DNA of 63,651 bases, the filler included, from Octopus bimaculoides (Eukaryota): NCBI RefSeq assembly GCF_001194135.2. It is 4 parts of 4 records of this genome, joined end to end, with 100 filler letters (N's around TTAATTAATTAA, not from the genome) between each part and the next. Parts side by side here need not be neighbours in the genome. Positions count along the whole stretch, not along the records: positions 15,535 to 47,062 come from NC_068995.1; 3 more parts are not named here. One strand, given 5' to 3'. Position 1 is the stretch's first letter. Every line of letters begins with the position of its first letter. Below are positions 26,112 to 40,400 of the stretch, in pieces. A model generated the notes under the pieces. That model saw only the letters and a list, made by a program, of their open reading frames with translations, did not search any database and was not told where the DNA came from. The translations under genes were made by a program, and so were the position numbers.

Positions 26112-27560
26112 AAACTTTCTTTATTCGCCAAACAGGGCTGAACACAGAGGGGACAAATACAAATGTAGAGCTTTTCTTGTCGAAAAGGAAAAAGAAAAAG
26201 GGAAAACGAGAGAAAAAGTAAAATTTCGATCAAAAGGGGTCGGGAAATAAAAAGGCGATCAAAAGGGATCGTGTATCAAAGAAGAAAGTTTTAAAATGTA
26301 AGAACCAAGATTAGGTTTATCTGTGGAAAAATAAATGCCTACGGAAAAGACCACGGTTACCTCAGGCAGGAAGAGGATAAACACATGAGAGCAAAGTGCT
26401 TTCTCGCTCTCGCTTTTTTTTTATTTATAGGGTCATGCTCACGGTGGTTTCGTCTCTCGCACGCTCCATCTTTGCTATATTCACTCACCGTTTTTTGAAA
26501 CTTTCACGAGACAAAATATGCCACTCCATTCTCACCGTCTTTTTCAAGTGATACTTGAAAAAGTTGATGAGCGATTGACCAGAGTTAAGTGTTTGTCTCT
26601 AATCCTTTGGCTCTAGTTCACCACACACATTCATTCACCATAGCCACCAGTACGATGAAGACTGTCTTGCCTTCCCGGTTGAGCGAAGGTGGCGGAGCAA
26701 TTGTCACGATAGACTGTCCCACACTGTCACGTGTGGGACTCGTCCCAGGAAAACCTCTAGACTTCGAAAGAAATCTGGCCGGCCTGTTAAGCACGGTGCA
26801 TAAACTGTTATCAGTTTAAAAGGACACCCATTTCTGTCATCGACATCCAAGACGTCTAGCCTACCCTCCGGGTCTACAAAAATTGCTCTTACTTTGAGTT
26901 CCAGACTCTTCCGAAGAGGCACCGCGGTGCCACTTCCGCCCATTCTCGGCAGACAGGAGAAAGAAAATGTCGAAATGTGCGCGGAACATGTGCTGGAGTG
27001 CCCGCGGGCTGAGTCTGATCTCACTGATGGCTATGCAGATTTTGTGACTTGATGTCATGTAACAGGTAGCCTTGTTTCCAAGGCGACACCAAGTCACGTA
27101 CATTTATACTGCCTATTTTGACCATGTTCCTATCCAAAGTTGTGTTTTACACACGGAAGGAAGACGAAAGATAGAGGGTCATTTACTGTCTGAATGTTTT
27201 TTGTTCTTCACCTTACAGTCTTCTCCCAGAAGGTTTTTGTGTAGTTTTTTTGGGACAGTTATTTTTGAAATCTCCCAACTGCATCAGAGTAGAGAGATTT
27301 CAGGGTGCTGTGCGTGTTCCGTGTTGTGCGTATGATAGTTTCGCTTAGCCATATTTGTGTAGAAATATGGCAAGGAATCTAAGAAAATAAAAATGTAAAT
27401 AGGTTTGAAACTGCTACTAGGGGTCAATTCCTCCCTTGAAAACACACTCAAACGAAAGCTGGGTGCTTTACACAACTTGTGTGCAAAAACTGAAACAAAA
27501 TGTGTGCAATAAAGGGTAAAAAACGGGTTACCTGCGGAGCCGATGCGACATCACGTCAGT
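26111..27560 (-). mobile_element. Internally deleted L1/Tx1-type LINE (5' region, APE endonuclease N-half, ORF2 C-terminus, 3' UTR with AATAAA) between (GATA)n tracts
   Basis: ORF2 start at 27125, MVKIGSINVRDLVSPWKQGYLLHDIKS; ...AVPLRKSLELKVRAIFVDPEGRL...ITVYAP...FFRSLEVFLG jumps near 26740 to SIVTIAPPPSLNREGKTVFIVLVA; no RT domain. Confidence 0.75.
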
Positions 27561-27575
27561 GGATAGATAGATGGG

Positions 27576-27634
<59 letters not shown>

Positions 27635-27905
27635 GTACGTAGGTAGGTAGATTGATAGGTATACAGGTAGGTAGGTAGGTAGGTAGGTAGATAGGTAGGT
27701 AGGTAGGTAGGTAAGTAGGTAGGTAGATTGATAGGTATACAGGTAGGTAGGTAGGTAGGTAGGTAGATAGATAGGTAGGTAGGTAGGTAAGTAGGTATGT
27801 AAGTAGTTAGTTAGTTAGTTAGGTAGACAGGCAGGCAGACAGGCATGCAAGCAGGCAGGGAAGCAGGCAGGTAGGCAAGTAGGCAGGCAGTTAGGCAGAT
27901 AGACA
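27561..27905. repeat. Compound tetranucleotide array GATA/GGTA/GTTA/GGCA
   Basis: Seen directly; includes one duplicated block of about 70 bp. Confidence 0.9.
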
Positions 27906-30900
27906 GATATTTACGTTCGTGTGTGTTTGTGTTTCTGATTGTGTGTATGTGCAACTGAGGGTATATGTATGGATCTTGGATATGGACGTTTGTTAACGTT
28001 CATTCTGCCTTCGACAGACCTTGTTTTCACCACGCAGAGTGGCCGATAATTTCAATTCTGATGTAGCAAGTTCGGTGAGGAAACTTACTTGGTTGAAAAC
28101 GACCCGAAAATACAATAGTTTGTACACGGTCATCACTTTAATACTGAAGTGAAAACAAAAATACGAATGACAAAAATAACAAAAGAACACGCTATTGTAA
28201 TAAACCTTGCCTAATTGCGTATCAAACTCATGATTTACTCTTATTTTTGACGCTTGTATGTTTTGACTGCTATGTCTTAGTATATGTACATATATGTTTC
28301 TTATTCTCCTCACTTCTGGAGTGGATTCCGTAACATAAATGATTGTGCTATAGATAGCACGCGATGAAAAGTGTAATAAATTTTAAGTTTGGAATTCATG
28401 GTGTAAACTACGTGTACCGATCATCTGTCGATTATCGATACATGTTATCTAATGGAAGCAAAACAACTATTGTGGGTGGATAAACGAAGCTCATGATACC
28501 AGAAATTTACAGAAGACCATAATAATCCTTACTTGTCCATGATGCTTCAGTTCTGATAACAACAATAATAATTTTTGCTGATTTACTGACTATAATAATG
28601 ATTCTATGAGTGAAAGGATTCTTTTCACGGAATAAAGATTTACGCAGATCAAAGGTAAACGCACTTGAAAAGCATTTTATCTTCTGCCACCTTGCTAAAT
28701 AATTTCAGAACCTCATTTGGTTAAAACTAGTGCATTATGTATATTAGATCTGGTGGTTATTATATAAATTAGATATTAAATACGTTAGCGACACAGATAT
28801 CGATTTGGTTCAACTAGTAAATAGTTGTATGCCTAAATGTTCTCTTATCAAAGCAGCCGGGTAAATATCAATATTATTCCATTTGTTATAAGTAAAATTA
28901 ATGCTAGAGGTGTACTATGGTTCGATATATAAATCATATTCATCTATTGAAAACAATATTACTCTTTTGGTGACACAAAGTTTGAAATCGTATTCTGTAA
29001 CTTTTACGCTTGAATCGATCAGGTACTGAGTCTAAATTTTATACTTGGACAACGACAAGACATTATGACCAAACGTAAAGCACCTATATTTTCAGTGTCG
29101 TCCTGAACCTAAACGTAGATATTCTTTCCATCGCCTGTATTAACATTGCAACAGGGAGATTTTAGTGGAGTACACGAAGAAGAAGGAAGTAACGTGAAAA
29201 GTAATGAATTCTAGCTAGCTTCTAGTGAGATTTTCGATATTTTCTGTACATGTTCGGTTTTATAGAATATGTTCTACTGAACGACTTCCTTTATATACAT
29301 TATATGAAACGGAAGTCTTCAGTGATACCTCTAAAACAAAGCAAGGTATGTGTTTCAATAACAGCAACGGCAAATTTCAAATGATTTCTGTACTTTTATT
29401 TATGAGTTCATAATTTGAAAATTTACATAAGAACGTGGTAAAAGCATGTAATCGGATATATAATTGATTTTTCTATTTGATACTTCATCACAACATTTCT
29501 GCAATAAATCACTGATAATATTTTTCCGATATTCCATTCTCATTACTTTGTTACTATAGATTTCGTCAGCATAAAAGTAAAACGCCTGCTGCTTACTTCA
29601 CATTTTGCTGTTAATAGAGTAACTACATCTTTTTGCCATTTGGTAAAACATTTTTACGCTCGGCTAATCAGTTATTCTTTTTTTTTCGACCTTTACAAGT
29701 TTTTATTTCAAAGATGTAATGCACAGTTAATAATTTTTTATGAATTTTATTATTAGAGAAGAGACAACTAAGTTTTGATATCTGTTGTTTACACACGCTA
29801 ATTGATCAATATTCGCTAATTTGGGAGAAATGCAATATTGTGATGTTTATACGTTCGTTCTTTGCCACAATCTACGTTTAAAAGCGTTGCCTGTCAAGAG
29901 ATTGTATTTAATATGTGGCAAGCGAGCACATGAATTTCACCAAAGTTAATGCATGAAAATATTACAAACCCCAAAGGATTTTGAATTCAAAATGGAAAGA
30001 AAATATAGAGTAACACATTCTATCTGGTGTTGTTCATTTCTATAAATCCAAAGTAGTTTGCTGAGTCGATTCCATTATATCAATGCTCCTTGTATTATCG
30101 CCATGGAAGAGACTGACGAGAGTACCGAATAGAAATCCTTCATGACAAAACTAGCTAATGAAATATTATTTGTCTTCGGTTATACTGCTTGTGCCAACTT
30201 CATTGTAAGTAACCCATCATGATCGCTAACTTTAATTACCTTAGTCGAGTGAAGTTGTCGAAATTTACAAGAGTATTGAATTCAAATATTGTCATAAATC
30301 TTGTTGCAGATGTGTTTAGTTGACTTAACTCTCACTAACTCTAGTTTCTTATTTTAGAAGTAAAGTAAAAGATAAATAAAAGTAAATAGATAGTTGACAC
30401 TATCTAACTTTCAACGGAAATTGTGGAATGAGGTGAATAAAACTGCAATGTATTCAATTAATTACGCTACCTTTCTTGTGATTTACATATTACATAACAC
30501 TGACTTGTCAGTTAATATGTTATATTGCGACCTGGAAGTGTACAAGGCATTTTAAAACTATTATCAGTGAAATTTCGTTGTTTTATTACGATTCATACAT
30601 TCTTCATGAATGTATTCATCAGATATGATGATTACAAATGTATTTGTTTTTAACTCATAAAATAGTAGGGAATCAGCGCTGAAATTTCATATCAGAATGA
30701 ATAAACTTCAGGAATGTGTTTCCAACCTTTGGGCTTCCATTTGAAATCTACCTCTTGTGTTAATAGTAGTGGTGGGATGGCGGTAGAGAGTATTATTTGC
30801 TTGTAGATCAAATAATGGTGATCAAGCAAGCACCTCACATTATATTAACGCTTATGGCCAATGTATGAGAATAGGTGTACTCCTAAATTAGATAAGTGTA

Positions 30901-32494
30901 TGTGAAAATCTTTATTCATGAACAAGATTATTTCAGCATTACATATAACCGTAAATTCCTAGGAACTTAATACCAGAAATAAAGAGTTACAGTAACCCAT
31001 GATAAAAGATGTTAGCACTGGACAACCCCTTTATAAATTTGCTTCTCAACTCCCTTCCGGAGGCCATTTTTATTTACAAAGTCAAAAGGTTTCCTTATCT
31101 CTTAAGGATTCACTATGCTAATTATTGAAGAGTTTGCAAGCAATAATCTGTTCCCAGCTGATTTCATTTGTTACATAAATGATTGCATATATAATTGTTG
31201 CTGGAAGCTTGTCATGGAAATTTTTATGTAATTTTCTTTTATTGTATATTCTGAAATATCCTTCAGCATATTTTCAGAAAATTTCAAATTAGCCTGTTTT
31301 ATCTAATTAGTCAGTTATATCAGATTTTTATTCTTATCTAAAAGAATTAAAATTAATAATTAGAAAACTAAGAAAAATACAGAATCATCTTTTTGGCATA
31401 ATCCTGATATGATTTCTAATATTCAATTTTTCTCCTGAACGATGTAGAATTGTAAATTCCTAACTTGCTGATTAAAAGGATTTGTTTGAATCTCAGTTCG
31501 TACTTTACCAGATGAATTTGACTAAAAAGTTGGTTTCTCCCCATTCATGTCTCTCCTATCGCGAAAAGAAATCGATATGGATATATTTATAAAACAATGG
31601 AACACGCAGCACTAAAACAAAATAAAAATTATTTTTTAATTGAGATACAATCAACTTCGTAGCCTAACAGAGAAAACGTATTACTGTGTTATATTTAAGC
31701 AAACCAGGTTATTTCACAATCAGATTAGTTACAATATAAATTGGTGCCTAAGATTTTATAATACAAACATTTTATCATGCGAAAACCTATCAACGTTTCT
31801 AAATTTCGTATAATACCACATAGTTTGGAATGACGTTGCAGTTGAATAAAACAGTGTAGTAATGATGAAAATTTAAACATTACTTGCAATCAGATTGACA
31901 GCAATGCAGTAAAGAAACCAATCATGCTACAGTTGAATCCTGGTGCTGATACTTATTATGCCTGTGACCATGAAATTAAACGTACAACAAATTCATCCTT
32001 CTAAATATGAGGATGGTATTTATTATTCTTAGAAGTAAGTACAACGGCACTGAATTTGATGGAAAAGATAAACATGTTCTGTTATACCGAACAACTGCAT
32101 TCATTAAGATATTTTACGTAAGTCAATACGGACCATGATGTACACAGTGACACAACAAAAATGACTGACATAAGCAATGATAATGCTTATTCAAACCTCC
32201 TCTGATTGAACATGGATGACGTTTAATTGTAATATCATACAATTTTTTTGTAGACATTCTGCATCTGAAACGAGTAGCATTGAATCTGTCGTAATGAAAG
32301 AAGAAATGTAATAATATTTTCACTGGTGAACTTACTGTATTATATACACTGAAACTCATACGTTTTAACTGGAATTTCATTTTGCAAGGTGCGGTTAATT
32401 GTTAAGGAAAATTTATTTCTATGCGTATTTTACAAGGTGTTTGTGGAGTAAGTAAAGAAACTTTTCTAAATACCTATGAAAGTTATAAATGCAA

Positions 32495-32680
32495 AGGCGC
32501 AGGTGTGGGTATGTAGGAAGAAGCTTGCTTCCCAACAAAAAAAACTATCGATAGAATAAGCACTGTGCTTACAAAGAAGACGTCCTGGGTTGATTTCTTC
32601 GAGTAAAAGCAATAAACTTGGTGTCACAGCATGTCTGCAGTCAAATGACTGCAACATTGTTAGAGAATAAAAGAATACAT
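32495..32680 (+). mobile_element. SINE family A, internally deleted
   Basis: GGCGCAGGTGTGG...GCTTGCTTCCCAAC head joined to the GATAGAATAAG...CAGTCAAATGACTG tail. Confidence 0.65.
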
Positions 32681-32731
32681 GCATACATACGTGTATATAC
32701 ATATAGTACTCTCAATCTACCCTCTCTCTCC

Positions 32732-32785
<54 letters not shown>

Positions 32786-32821
32786 GTGTGTGTGTTTGAT
32801 ATATGTATGTATATATCTATC

Positions 32822-32854
<33 letters not shown>

Positions 32855-34589
32855 GTGTGTGTNNNNNNNNNNNNNNNNNNNNNNNNNNNNNNNNNNNNNN
32901 NNNNNNNNNNNNNNNNNNNNNNNNNNNNNNNNNNNNNNNNNNNNNNNNNNNNNNNNNNNNNNNNNNNNNNNNNNNNNNNNNNNNNNNNNNNNNNNNNNNN
33001 NNNNNNNNNTATATATATATATATATATATATGTTATATTTATATATATATGTGTGTTATATATGTGTATATAAGATTTATATATTTGTAAATTTTGTAT
33101 ATATATTTACTGTTACAGTGGGTACGAATTCTCATTCGCACGACATATTTTATGCATTTTCTGTGAGTACTCCGATGTATATTATACCATGCTGTGGCAC
33201 TGTTTGCTCGATTATCCGATAAGAGGTCGCTAATATAATGAAAGGTAGACAGGTAGACCAAGGGACATAAAACGGACGCTTTTTTTTGGTGATATCGCCT
33301 TGTAATGTTTTCCAGCAAACTCGAGCTCCAAATAGTATAATCAGGATTAGTCGTAGTTATCTTGTTTTTCACTCATTTGTTGTCTTATTTACACTGATGA
33401 TCATATGGGAATCTCCAAACAGACTCATTCTTATAGCTGCATGAATTTGCATTATTTTGTCTTCCTTTATTTTTTTCAGTTAATACTTTGTTGCAATATT
33501 TCCTTGTAACATTTTTAAAACAACGTATCGGTGAGTGTGAATTTATTCCAGAGAAAAGAATAAAAGCCAATAACTCATCGTCAATCTGTCGCCAGAAGCG
33601 CAATTCTCTTCAAATAGATACCCGCTTAAGCATGAAGTGATACAGATAATATTTATCAACATGCACGTTTTTACAGCCTGCTGATAAATGCAGTCTAGCA
33701 CAATGTTTTAAACCGATCAATATGAAAGCGTTTAACATTATCGTTTGCAGAATTATCTTCGAGCAATAAATGGTTCCTAACATATTTTTCAAGATATCTC
33801 CAACAAAACAAAATTGTTGGTTATAAATATATGAAACACTTAGGTATAATGAATTATTCTTTTGCTCTTGTAGTAATTTCTTAAGCATCAATTAATATGC
33901 GTGTGATTGTGCATGTGTGTCTGTGTGTGTTGGGGAAGAGTCTGTGTCGTTCTGTGTGCTTTTGTGTGTTAGTGTTTCAATAAATACAATAGTTACGTGA
34001 ATGGCATATTTTTCTAACTTTATTTCTCACTAGAAATCAAATGTGGCTTCAATTTCTGCGGAGTATATGTTTTTTTTTAATTCTATTTCCTTAAAATGTT
34101 GTTCCTTATGTAAGGTATATTACAAATTAAGCACTGAGAATTCCCTTACACCTAAGCATCAACATATCTGTCTCAAAGTTCCATGATCAGACAATGAAGT
34201 TTAGTGAATCACAATTCGAAGAACTTTGCTTGATGCTCATATACACATGTATTAGTTGGATATTCACATGTACAGAGAAAGAACTTCATCATGGAGCATT
34301 ATGTCGAAAATATTCTATCTGCGACTTTGCTACAAATAACAGTTGGGAAAAGAGTATATCCTTTGTTATAAAACACATGAACATTGATTATACATGAAAA
34401 TACATGTTTTCTGGGCATCACTGTATGGTGAATTTTCAATAAAGAAACCCTAACTGTATCAGAATTTATAATGCTTTTATAAACATTTATATGTTGATAT
34501 ATCCTAAGATCATCGAATGTATTCTTGAGCTCTAAATTATCTGTAATATGTCAGAAATATAATGTCAATATACGGGTCGTTACATACCA

Positions 34590-34780
34590 GAGACTGTGCT
34601 GATAGATTAGACGTAATAGGAACTTTCGTGGTAGGATTGATATGAATAGAAGAACAGCATTGTTGCAGAAAATAGCCTTGTCAAGAGCAGCAAGGTTTCT
34701 AAGGAGGGTTTAAGAAAATTGAAGGAGAATGGAATGGCCCAAAGAATGTTTGACTGTGGGATATGACTCGCTGTTGTGGT
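34590..34780 (+). mobile_element. Possible R4/Dong-type 3' end remnant
   Basis: LLQKIALSRAARFLRRV resembles the LQKAALFGTADILRKV terminus of the 9214 copy. Confidence 0.3.
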
Positions 34781-35321
34781 ATAATGTCGATGTAACATTT
34801 GTCAGTATAACGGCGTCATAGGAAATAATAATTTCTGCATTAATCAATACGGCTCAGCTCAGAAAATGTACAAATAGATACAACTGAATACAGAAGAATA
34901 CAATATTTCCAGTATGTGTAACATGCAAAAGGTAGCATTGGCTGTAAAAAGAAAGCAAAAGAATCACGTTAACAAAATATGAAGGGAAAGGGTAAAAAAC
35001 GTTATAAAATATATGGAAGCTTTATATTAAGCATTGTAAAGGTGCACTCATTCAGAGAACAAACACACACAAATAATTATCTGCTCACAAGGGAAAAAAA
35101 GCATCAGCACCATGTAATATTTGTAAGTAGAACGTGAAATTATAAAACAAACATCATGAAAGGTTAATGTACTTTAATTCATTTCAATATATATTCTCCC
35201 TCAATTTCAGCATGAATAATTCGTCGTTTTATAATAAATTATAACACGTAACATATATTGTCAATAACGTAAATACTTTATTTTTTAACCCATAATAAAT
35301 ATTTCAAAGCATCTATCTATC

Positions 35322-35400
<79 letters not shown>

Positions 35401-35404
<4 letters not shown>

Positions 35405-35549
35405 TTGTGTGCCTGTGTTTGTCCCCCCAACATCGCTTGACAACCGATGCTGGTGTGTTTATGTCCCCGTAACTTAGCGGTTCGGCAAAAGAGACCGACA
35501 GAATAAGTACTAGGGATCCAAAGAATAAGTCCTGGGCTCGATTTGCTCG
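35401..35549 (+). mobile_element. SINE family A, 3' half
   Basis: GTCCCCCCAACATCGCTTGACAACCGATGCTGG...CTTAGCGGTTCGGCAAAAGAGACCGA. Confidence 0.85.
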
Positions 35550-35551
35550 GA

Positions 35552-36965
35552 GACTGATTTTATTTTACTCGAAAACATCAGCTCCACTGCTGACATACCT
35601 GCTGGTGTGTTTGGATCTGGTGTCACACGGTATACTCTTCAGAGTTGTTGTAGAGCGACTTTCTTAGGGCTCTTTTGAACGTATTGACAAAGAATTCTGT
35701 TTGTCCGTTAAATCTGGGATGCTATGGTACCGTAGTTATATGTTCTACAGCGAAAGTTTTACAAAACTTTTAAAGTCAGAAGACACAAAATGTGTTCTGT
35801 TGTCAGACACTATCGCGTCTGGGACGTCAAATCTCACAAACAGTTCATGTAGAACATTTGTCGAAGTTGAGGAGTTTGGTTTTTACACTTACACATCTCT
35901 GCCAATTTAGACAAACTAACTACTACGTCCAAGTAGTATGAATCGTTTAAGGGACCAGCGAAACCAATGTGTTGTCTCGATCACGGACCATCTACATTTG
36001 GCCAAGATTCACTTTTATCGTCGGTAATTTTGCCGCCAGCGTGCATCATCTTCAGCCTTTCACTAAAGTTTAGATTTCGCTATCCATTTTTGGTCAGTAC
36101 GCGTAGTTACACATTAAAACTTTCATCATCAAAATTCCAAAACGTCCAACATCGAATTCCCTCAACATTTTCTTTTACAGTGTTTCAGGTATTACTACTC
36201 TGTGTGAATACATCAGTACACTATCACAAACTGAGTATAGATTCACGTATTGGTCTTGTTTCCCATGAATCCTGTTCCTAATTACTTCTCTTTCCACAGT
36301 ATTATTTTCATTCCTGTTATGAATTTGTCCTTTTACGTATTTCGTTTTATGTCTAAAAGGGTCACTGGTAATTTGCGTACCACAATCCACATAAGTTTTT
36401 TAAAAATTTCTCCTGATATTAAAGCTGCGAGTACTCTATATTCGAATGGCTCGCAATGTTCCGTATCAGTATGGACAAACCATCCGCATGCCCTAGTCTT
36501 TCTTTAATGGTAAATATTATATTTTGTCATCAAAATTCAATAATGTAGCATTTATTTGCCTCTGTGCTAGTGTTCCTTTTTTAGAACCGTATATTGACAA
36601 TAGGGTGCGATGATACGTTTGCAGAGAGAAACGTCTTAAATAAATAAATCTATGGTAATTTTTCACACCGAATATGATTGCTAACGCTTCCTTTTCTATT
36701 TGGCTATAGTTCCTTTCAGCTGGTAATAACGATCGTAACGCATAGGCTATGGACTTTTTACTCCCATCGTGATATTTGTGCAGGAGCACAGCTCCTACAA
36801 CATCATCGCTCGTATCTGTAGCAAATATAATATCCAGCTTCGGAACAAAATGCGTTAACGATAAGTTTGCTGTCAAAATGTGTTTTATTTTGCCAAAAGC
36901 TTCTGCCACTTATCAGTCCAGCACCATTTTGCATTTTTCTTTCAGAGATCAAATAGACCGAGAAA
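35552..36965 (-). mobile_element. Second Ty3/Gypsy pol remnant (RNase H, integrase)
   Basis: EAFGKIKHILT...ATDTSDDVVGAVLLHKY..AYALRSLLPAERNYSQIEKEALAIIFGVKNYHRFI; CDSVLMYSHRVVIPETL; HIGFAGPLNDSYYL. Confidence 0.9.
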
Positions 36966-39089
36966 CCTCAAAGTCTTATGATCTAAAATGAGAATTTATT
37001 TCTGGGTTTCGAATTTTAGGATTTATTTCAGTTCTCATCTACAGTTGTAATTCAGGAGTTACATTGATTTGTTTTATTAGTTGTAGTTTAATTCAAAGTT
37101 AACTTTATTAGTATGTTTGTAATTGTAATACAAAAAGCATTCACGCTGTGACCATCCAAAGTTTATGTATATGCAGAAGTTAATTTTCTAAAGTAACCTT
37201 TTCTTTAAAAACCAATAGTAGTTTTATGAATTGTAACGATATATTGGTAAACTGAAATATTAAGAAAAACTTATGTCGCAAAATGTTACAATTTTGACTT
37301 GAATAAAATGTCACCAGAAAATTGCAATATCTCCTTTAAATATCACTCACATGGGTTCAGTTGATTGGACATATAACGTGGTTATCCTTGTATTAACTGG
37401 AAGCAAATGGCTTGTGCAAAATGACAAGGCAGTTTATATAATAATGCTACATGTTTGTGAAAACAAAACGTTTTAGTCAATTTATTAAATAAGATAAAGC
37501 AAATAATGATACAGTTTTTATTTTAAGACAAATATGCCAAACATTTTCATAGAATTCCAGATATGAACATAAGGAAAAAAGAATTATATATCCAATCGTT
37601 CCTGATTTAGTAAAATGAATAATTTTTAAATATAGATAAATGTAAATATATTAAAAATTACATATAAGAAGAGAAATACTTTGTATTTTATTCCAGTTTA
37701 AATATATATATAACTTTTCTTGACTTTCAATTGATGAATAACTACTGAATAGATTGAAAAGAATTTCACTAACATCGGAAACTATTTCAATCATGTTTCG
37801 TTCACCTCTTAGTTGATGATCTGAAAATATGTAACAGTGAAATAGAAACGAGGTTTAGCATACGTAATAATATCAGATAACAGCACACATCGTCGGAATA
37901 GTAGCTAATTTCGTATATGAATAACATATTACATAATGTTCATATTGAACACTTCTTTTACTTATCTAGCTTTGCTCTGAAACACATAATATGATCATTG
38001 ATGAAATTTAAAAAGATGTACTCATTCTTTTCCATATATTCAAACAGTACAGTAAAAGCTTTCTAAATAGGTTTTCTATGCATTTATTTATGCTATCGGT
38101 ACTAAGGTAATATTATTTTTCAAACTTTATATATTTTAATTGCTCATAAAATTTTATTTCTCTTAAAATTGTGCCGAGAACATTTAACTATACACATTAT
38201 GTAGGAATTTAGAAATTCTATATTCAGTTGATCAAGCGTAAGTCAAATAAATATTTAATTATTAATTATATTTTGCACACTTTAGTTGACTATAGATGTG
38301 TGTTTTGTAACTAGTCGGAATGGTAATTTACTTCATCAAACGTATTTATTTTATACTGGGACTGATTAAATATTGCTTTATATCTTAATTAATTGTAGCT
38401 AAATGGAACATTGGCGCAGAAAACGAGTTCATTCCTGCGATCGTTTACCTCACACTGTAAACAATGAAATAACATTTTTAATAAACTGTGTTGATGAGAG
38501 AAAATCCCATATCTATTATACATTTCATTAGTCGTTCACAATTGAAATGTTGATTGTTTAATATACCATAACCATTTAATTCTCCTTGTAGAAATATTTC
38601 TCATGTAGAGAAATGATGAGAACATTTTATCCAATTATATTGAAGCCGTTGTCAAAATTGAAAGAGAGTGTCAAGATCACTGAACACCAATTTGTGTCTT
38701 TCTTTGTGTAAATTGCAATTTGATATCAGTTTGCATTTGACGATAGACTCCACCATGCATTTAAATCAATATACATCACTGTATAAACACTTTAATTTAT
38801 CGATAAAAGGGTTTAGTAACAATAACAAATGGAGTTATTTTCAACTGATTATTGACAAAGTTTAAACTAAACGCAATGTACTGTTTAACTTGAAGGCTAC
38901 ACATTATATTAATTAACAATAAATTTCTAGTTTAACGTTAATCTCTTAGATAAGCATACAATCTTATATGTAGTGCATTTTATCGTTACTAGTATTTAGT
39001 TTGTTATTGGTTATACACACCAGAAGTATGAAGGACAACAATTACATTCAACTGGATCTCTTTCCATTCATTATTAATATAAGGGGAAG

Positions 39090-39500
39090 GCGTTGAATAG
39101 GCAAAATTGTTAGCACGCTTAGCAGCATTTGGTCCTTCTTTACGTTCTGAGTTCAAATTCTGCCGAGGTCGATTTTGTATTGCATTCTTCGGGATCGATA
39201 AAGTAAGTACTAGTTGAGTATTGGTGTCCATGTAAGCCACTTACCCCAAAATCCGAACCTCCTGCCTATAGCAGAAATAATTACTAATTTAACGGTTATC
39301 TTGCAGAATCGTTGGCACGTCGGGCAAAATGCTTAGCGCCATTTTGTCTGTCTTTATGTTCTGAGTTCAAATTCGACCGTGGTGAACTTTGCATCTCATC
39401 TTTTCGAGGTCGAGAATATAATTACCAGCTGAGTACAGTGGTCAATAAACTCGGCTATACCCTTCCCCGCAAGTGCAGACATTGTGCTTATGATAGATAG
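39090..39500 (+). mobile_element. Two tandem SINE family B copies
   Basis: GGCAAAATTGTTAGCACG...CTGAGTTCAAATTCTGCCGAGGTCGA and GCAGAATCGTTGGCACGTCGGGC...CTGAGTTCAAATTCGACCG. Confidence 0.75.
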
Positions 39501-40361
39501 AACTATGAATGTAGCGTGCTTATACTGGTCGCAATACTATTGAATATATCCAAAAATATTAATTTTCAGGTCTCAGCCCTGGATTTAAATAGAAGCACTT
39601 TCATAAGAGAGTTGGAATTTTTTGAGGCGAAATGCGCATTTGCTAATGTCATTACTGTGTTTAAATTCATTCTGCTATTATAAAACTTAGCAGGGTTCTA
39701 CATTCCAAATCGACTGAGTGACTAGCCCACACAATATACCGTCCAATAATTTTAATGTGTATAACTCACAGCCAGATTTATCAGCATTATTCACTTTTTG
39801 TTCCCTCATTATGTATTCGAATATGTGAAATTAAAAAACAATCACTGGGCATCATAACCTCAACCTCATCGTTGTACCATTTATTACTAGAATCGTTTCT
39901 TTTAGCAACATATAAATTTAAAACGTGTTCTATTCTACACAGTAGTGATCATTTGCTCTATATTGAAATGAATGCCGTTTTATGAATATCAGGAGGTCAT
40001 AAAATTCTGCTTATTCAGAGAGTCTACAAGTTATTTTCTGTTCAATAAGATAGACTTGAATATGTTCTGAGTAGACAAACATTTCATGCTATGTACCAAT
40101 TAATAGCTAGCGTCTGCGTAACACTTTCTTAGTTATAGATTTGACAGTCTCTTGACTCTTCCATATCTAAGGTGATGGATTATGTGATGTTATTCTAAAT
40201 TAAGTGATAGTTCTACACATACATATACGTTTGACTCAGAAGCGGAGTTTTGGTGCCATATATGTTTTGTTTTCATAGCGACACCCTATTTGTTTGTTTT
40301 TGTGTTATCATTATCGTCGATGTCTTAAAAACGACTTCCTCCATTAAGAGTTTTATATGTT

Positions 40362-40400
<39 letters not shown>

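Noticed and set aside
28385-28480. FGIHGVNYV motif faintly like the DEG/ENaC N-terminal HG motif
   Set aside because: Too short, in-frame stop follows and no downstream channel exons were recognised.
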